Shown: piece after piece, positions 60,761 to 64,000 of the stretch
How the letters are laid out: every line of letters begins with the position of its first letter
How positions within the stretch are numbered: position 1 is the first letter of the stretch
From: Zootoca vivipara
Lineage: Eukaryota
Direction: 5' to 3'
DNA: 64,000 bases
Assembly: GCF_963506605.1 (NCBI RefSeq)
Contig: NC_083276.1
Location: 81,220,001-81,284,000, forward strand
The notes under the pieces: model-generated
What the model saw: only the letters and a program-made list of their open reading frames with translations
Database searches by the model: none
What the model was told of the DNA's origin: nothing
Position numbers and translations under genes: made by a program

Positions 60761-61110
60761 ATGTCGGAGTTACGAGCGGCGGGACCCGGCCCAGCGACGA
60801 CGCCTGGCGGAGCGGGCGGCCCCATCGCCTCCGTCCCAGGAGCGACCTGTGGGCCCGGCCCAGCGCCCCCACTACCCTCTCCCGGGCCCGGTGGCGGGCC
60901 TGGCGGCGGAGGAGGCACCCTGGGCCCTGGGGGACCGGCCCCAGGGGGGGTGACAGGCACTCCAGGGGGGAGCTCTGCTTCCGCTTCCGGGTCCACCAGC
61001 TCCACTTCCGGGTCAGCCCGCGAGGGCTGGCTTTTCAAATGGACCAATTACATCAAAGGGTATCAGCGGCGCTGGTTCGTGCTGAGCAACGGGCTCCTGA
61101 GCTACTACAG
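60761..61110 (+). CDS. OSBP: Oxysterol-binding protein 1, exon 1 (Gly/Ala/Pro-rich N-terminus and start of PH domain); rest of gene outside window
   Basis: gccATG MSELR...[35 protein letters not shown]; donor AG/GTGAGG; lies downstream of PATL1 as in human. Confidence 0.95.
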
Positions 61111-62098
61111 GTGAGGCCACGCCCCGTCTGCCGGCCCTGGCCAGAGTGACCGGCCACGCCCCTTTCCTGCTCTTGTCACGCCCAGGGCGCCTGTGACCCT
61201 CTTTCCCTTTGGCCGGCCTGCATCTGGCTGGGCATTCCTCCCCCTGGCCAGGCCTGCGTGGCAGGAGCAGCAGCAGGAGGCTCCTCTGTGTGGAGCAGCC
61301 GCTTCCCTGCCACGTGGCATGAGGGTGTCATGGCTTAGCCAGGTCTTGAGGAGCATCAGGGGGACTTCCACACCTCTGAGTCTCCCCTCAGCGATTCTAC
61401 CTTACATTCCTACCCCCACCTCAGACACGCATGCTATGTACTGCATTCTGACGTGAAGATGAGGGTGGTAATAGCAGCATTATTTCCCCCTTCTCCACAC
61501 CTGCGACATTCTGCAGCTTTCTCCTTCCCTTGATGCCAGCCAGCAGAAAAGCCAAATGTGTTGTAAGACACCCTCCTCCTCCGCATCCTTGGCAGCATCG
61601 CTGGGCCACATCTTTTTGATTTTCCGTTGCAGCTAATGGCATGGGCAACACACAGTCTTAGAGATGCGTCCTCTGTGATGTGTTTTGGTGTACAGTACTT
61701 GATACAGTACTTACAAAACAAATGCAAAGATTGTAGGCCTGTTGGTATGCTGATGAAGGTCACAAGCCAGTTTTCCAAAAGATCTGTGTTCTGGGTGTGG
61801 CAGGTGTGGCAAAGGTAACTCTGTCATAGGCAGTGTTAGCTGTGGTGTCATGTAAGCTAGGAATAGAAATAGCTTTTCTGAAATCACTGCTTCTAACATT
61901 CCTTGGTTAGGAGAGAAATTCTTCCCAGCGGGTTAGAAGCTGGACATAAACTTTATTTGCCCTATGTATCCTTCCCTTGTTAGGATTGAGAGCTATGTTC
62001 AAATTCCTGTTTGGCTGTGAAGCTCAACAAGTAGTCTGGGGCAAGTAACTAACCCTCAGCTCAATCTACCTCATTGTGAAGAGAATTAGGATAACTCA

Positions 62099-62233
62099 AG
62101 GCACCCCCAAACTCGGTCCTCCAGATGTTTTGGGACTACAATTCCCATCATCCTTGACCACTGGTCCTGTGAGCTAGGGATGATTGGAGTTCTAGTCCCA
62201 AAACATCTGGAGGGCCGAGTTTGGGGATTCCTG
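62099..62233. mobile_element. hAT MITE (family of 1146)
   Basis: TIRs and subterminal ACTACAATTCCCA. Confidence 0.85.
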
Positions 62234-64000
62234 CTGTACTCCATAAAGGAAGGTTGTGTTTCAAATGTAACAAAACCAAACAATGAGGCCGTTTACTTTT
62301 GACAAAACCTACCTTGAGTTACTTAAACTGTGGGTTCCCAAACCATCCGTGCTTCAAAACCTCTCTTCAAATGATTCAGTTTCTTCATGAGTCTTCTGCA
62401 AATGCAGAAACAAATACTTAGCATTATATGTTGCCTGTCTGCCTAAGCAACCATTCATAGCTTTCTGTGCAGTGTTGTATGTCTGCACCACTATTGTGTT
62501 TTCACATAAATGTTACTCCATATCACTGATGAATACTAAAGCCCCAGCAGTTTTCACCTACTTTCTTCCAAACTGTATGTGCATTCCTATTCTGGCTAGC
62601 TCTGCATGTTAAGTGAACATAGGTATATTTGTGAATTAGACAAATCACTTCAAACAATTGTAGCCCAGCTGGTGCCAAACATACTGCTCTGCTTTCCTTT
62701 GGACCACAGCAGTGAGGCTAAGAGGAGGGTTTTGTTGTCTGGGCAGCTGAGGACCTCCATACATACTGCCCAGGCTTGCACCTGTTGTGCTTACTTCAAC
62801 TAATTGTATTCCACTCACAAAACAGGAGGATTGTCAAGCAGCATATCAAACAGAACTTCTGGAGAAAAACTATTATTCCAGCTACCTTACTACAGTAATC
62901 AAAAGTACCGTATATTGAAACTAACTTAATGGAATGCCTCTGAGATTTTTAGGGAGAGAGCTCAGGTTCTCATTTTTGCCTCTACTTTGCTTGTCAGCTG
63001 TGTTATTTCCTAAAGAGAAGGGAAATCTAAGTAGTGGGAGGGTGAATGGAGATATGGAATAATGAGAAGTTCTTCTGGAATCTGGTCTCCCAATCTTATG
63101 TATGTTTGCTCTCATTATAGTCAATGACACTTGCATCCAAGGATAGCAGCCCTAATCCAGGGGTGGAGAACTAGATTTGGCCAATGCGCCCGATTGTTAT
63201 TTTCCACACCTCTTCTGGGTCAAGGTTGACAGGTGGGTGGAGCATAATCCAGTGTCCTGTAATAATTAGCTGTGCAGCAGGTGTTGCCTTACTGTGCCAT
63301 ATGCATCTTTCCTTCTCTGTTGATGTTCTTTCGCATTGCTGTTAAGTCTGGAGTGTGAATGAGGCTCCTTGAACATCTTTCCCCTTGCACATTTTTGTGG
63401 GGCCTCTGTTAACTTGACATTTTGAACTAAAAGTATGCATTTTCAGAGACCCTGAAGGTGCAGTAGTAAAGGGAATAAAGAGTGTGGTCAAATAGTAATA
63501 AGGAGTCTTGTGGCACCTTAAAAGCAACAGATTTATTGTTGCTTAAGGTTTCCTAATCCTATCTAAAAATTCGTAAGTAGAAAAAATCCTATTTAAAAAT
63601 CCTATCTAAACCGCATCCAAGATCCGCATCCGTATCCACTGTATATATACGACCTACTACCAAGAGGGACAGAAACCCCTTCATTTGTGGCCAGCATGAA
63701 ATGCAGCAGGTTAGTGAAGGAGCATTTCCTTCTTCCACCTACCTGTGCACTTACCTGCATGGAAGTCCTTGTTGCAAAATGCAAGGATGTAATAAATCCA
63801 TTAGTCTTTAAGTAGCCGCAAGATTTTGATGTGTATGTTACAGCGGTCTAATATGGTGGTGACCAGTTTGACAGCAAAAGAGCCCTTTTTCACTAGTGGG
63901 TTTCAGGAAAGATTATTCTCCCAAGTTTAGGAAAATGCTTGTTTTTCACTCATAACTAGCTAAGAGCCGATTTGAACTGTGTTCTCATTCACTCATAGAC

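Noticed and set aside
60420-61149. Long overlapping or antisense ORFs at OSBP exon 1 (likewise 52577-53202 and 2588-3211)
   Set aside because: Expected from stop-poor GC-rich DNA or as shadows of coding sequence.
63500-63860. Fourth Penelope hammerhead
   Set aside because: Penelope-like ends are faintly visible, but no CUGANGA/GAAA core remains.

Overview
Vertebrate nuclear DNA from a squamate reptile, most likely a lacertid lizard, judged from Sauria SINEs, BovB LINEs and Penelope/hAT MITE content. The left half (1-36 kb) is a TE-rich olfactory receptor cluster with three intact minus-strand OR10V1-like genes. Two of them are a recent tandem duplication whose breakpoint lies in a putative OR promoter block (~16,961). 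The right half holds a complete 19-exon PATL1 gene (+, CDS 37075-57127, 765 aa by my splicing) and the CpG-island promoter and first coding exon of OSBP (+, 60761-61110). This recalls the human 11q12.1 OR10V1-PATL1-OSBP neighbourhood. There is a 150-N gap at 27260-27409. I found no unambiguous new biological system. The best leads are: (1) DNA-transposon MITEs of two superfamilies carrying housekeeping-promoter motifs (YY1, NRF1, ETS, ZNF143, BANP-like); (2) an OR duplicate with a chimeric promoter and asymmetric TM4-TM5 divergence; (3) an in-frame host/Rex1/L1 chimeric ORF within a stack of five sense-oriented LINEs in one OR intron; (4) Penelope-borne minimal hammerhead ribozymes, one sense in PATL1 intron 1. 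Family and gene names are from memory; no searches were run.
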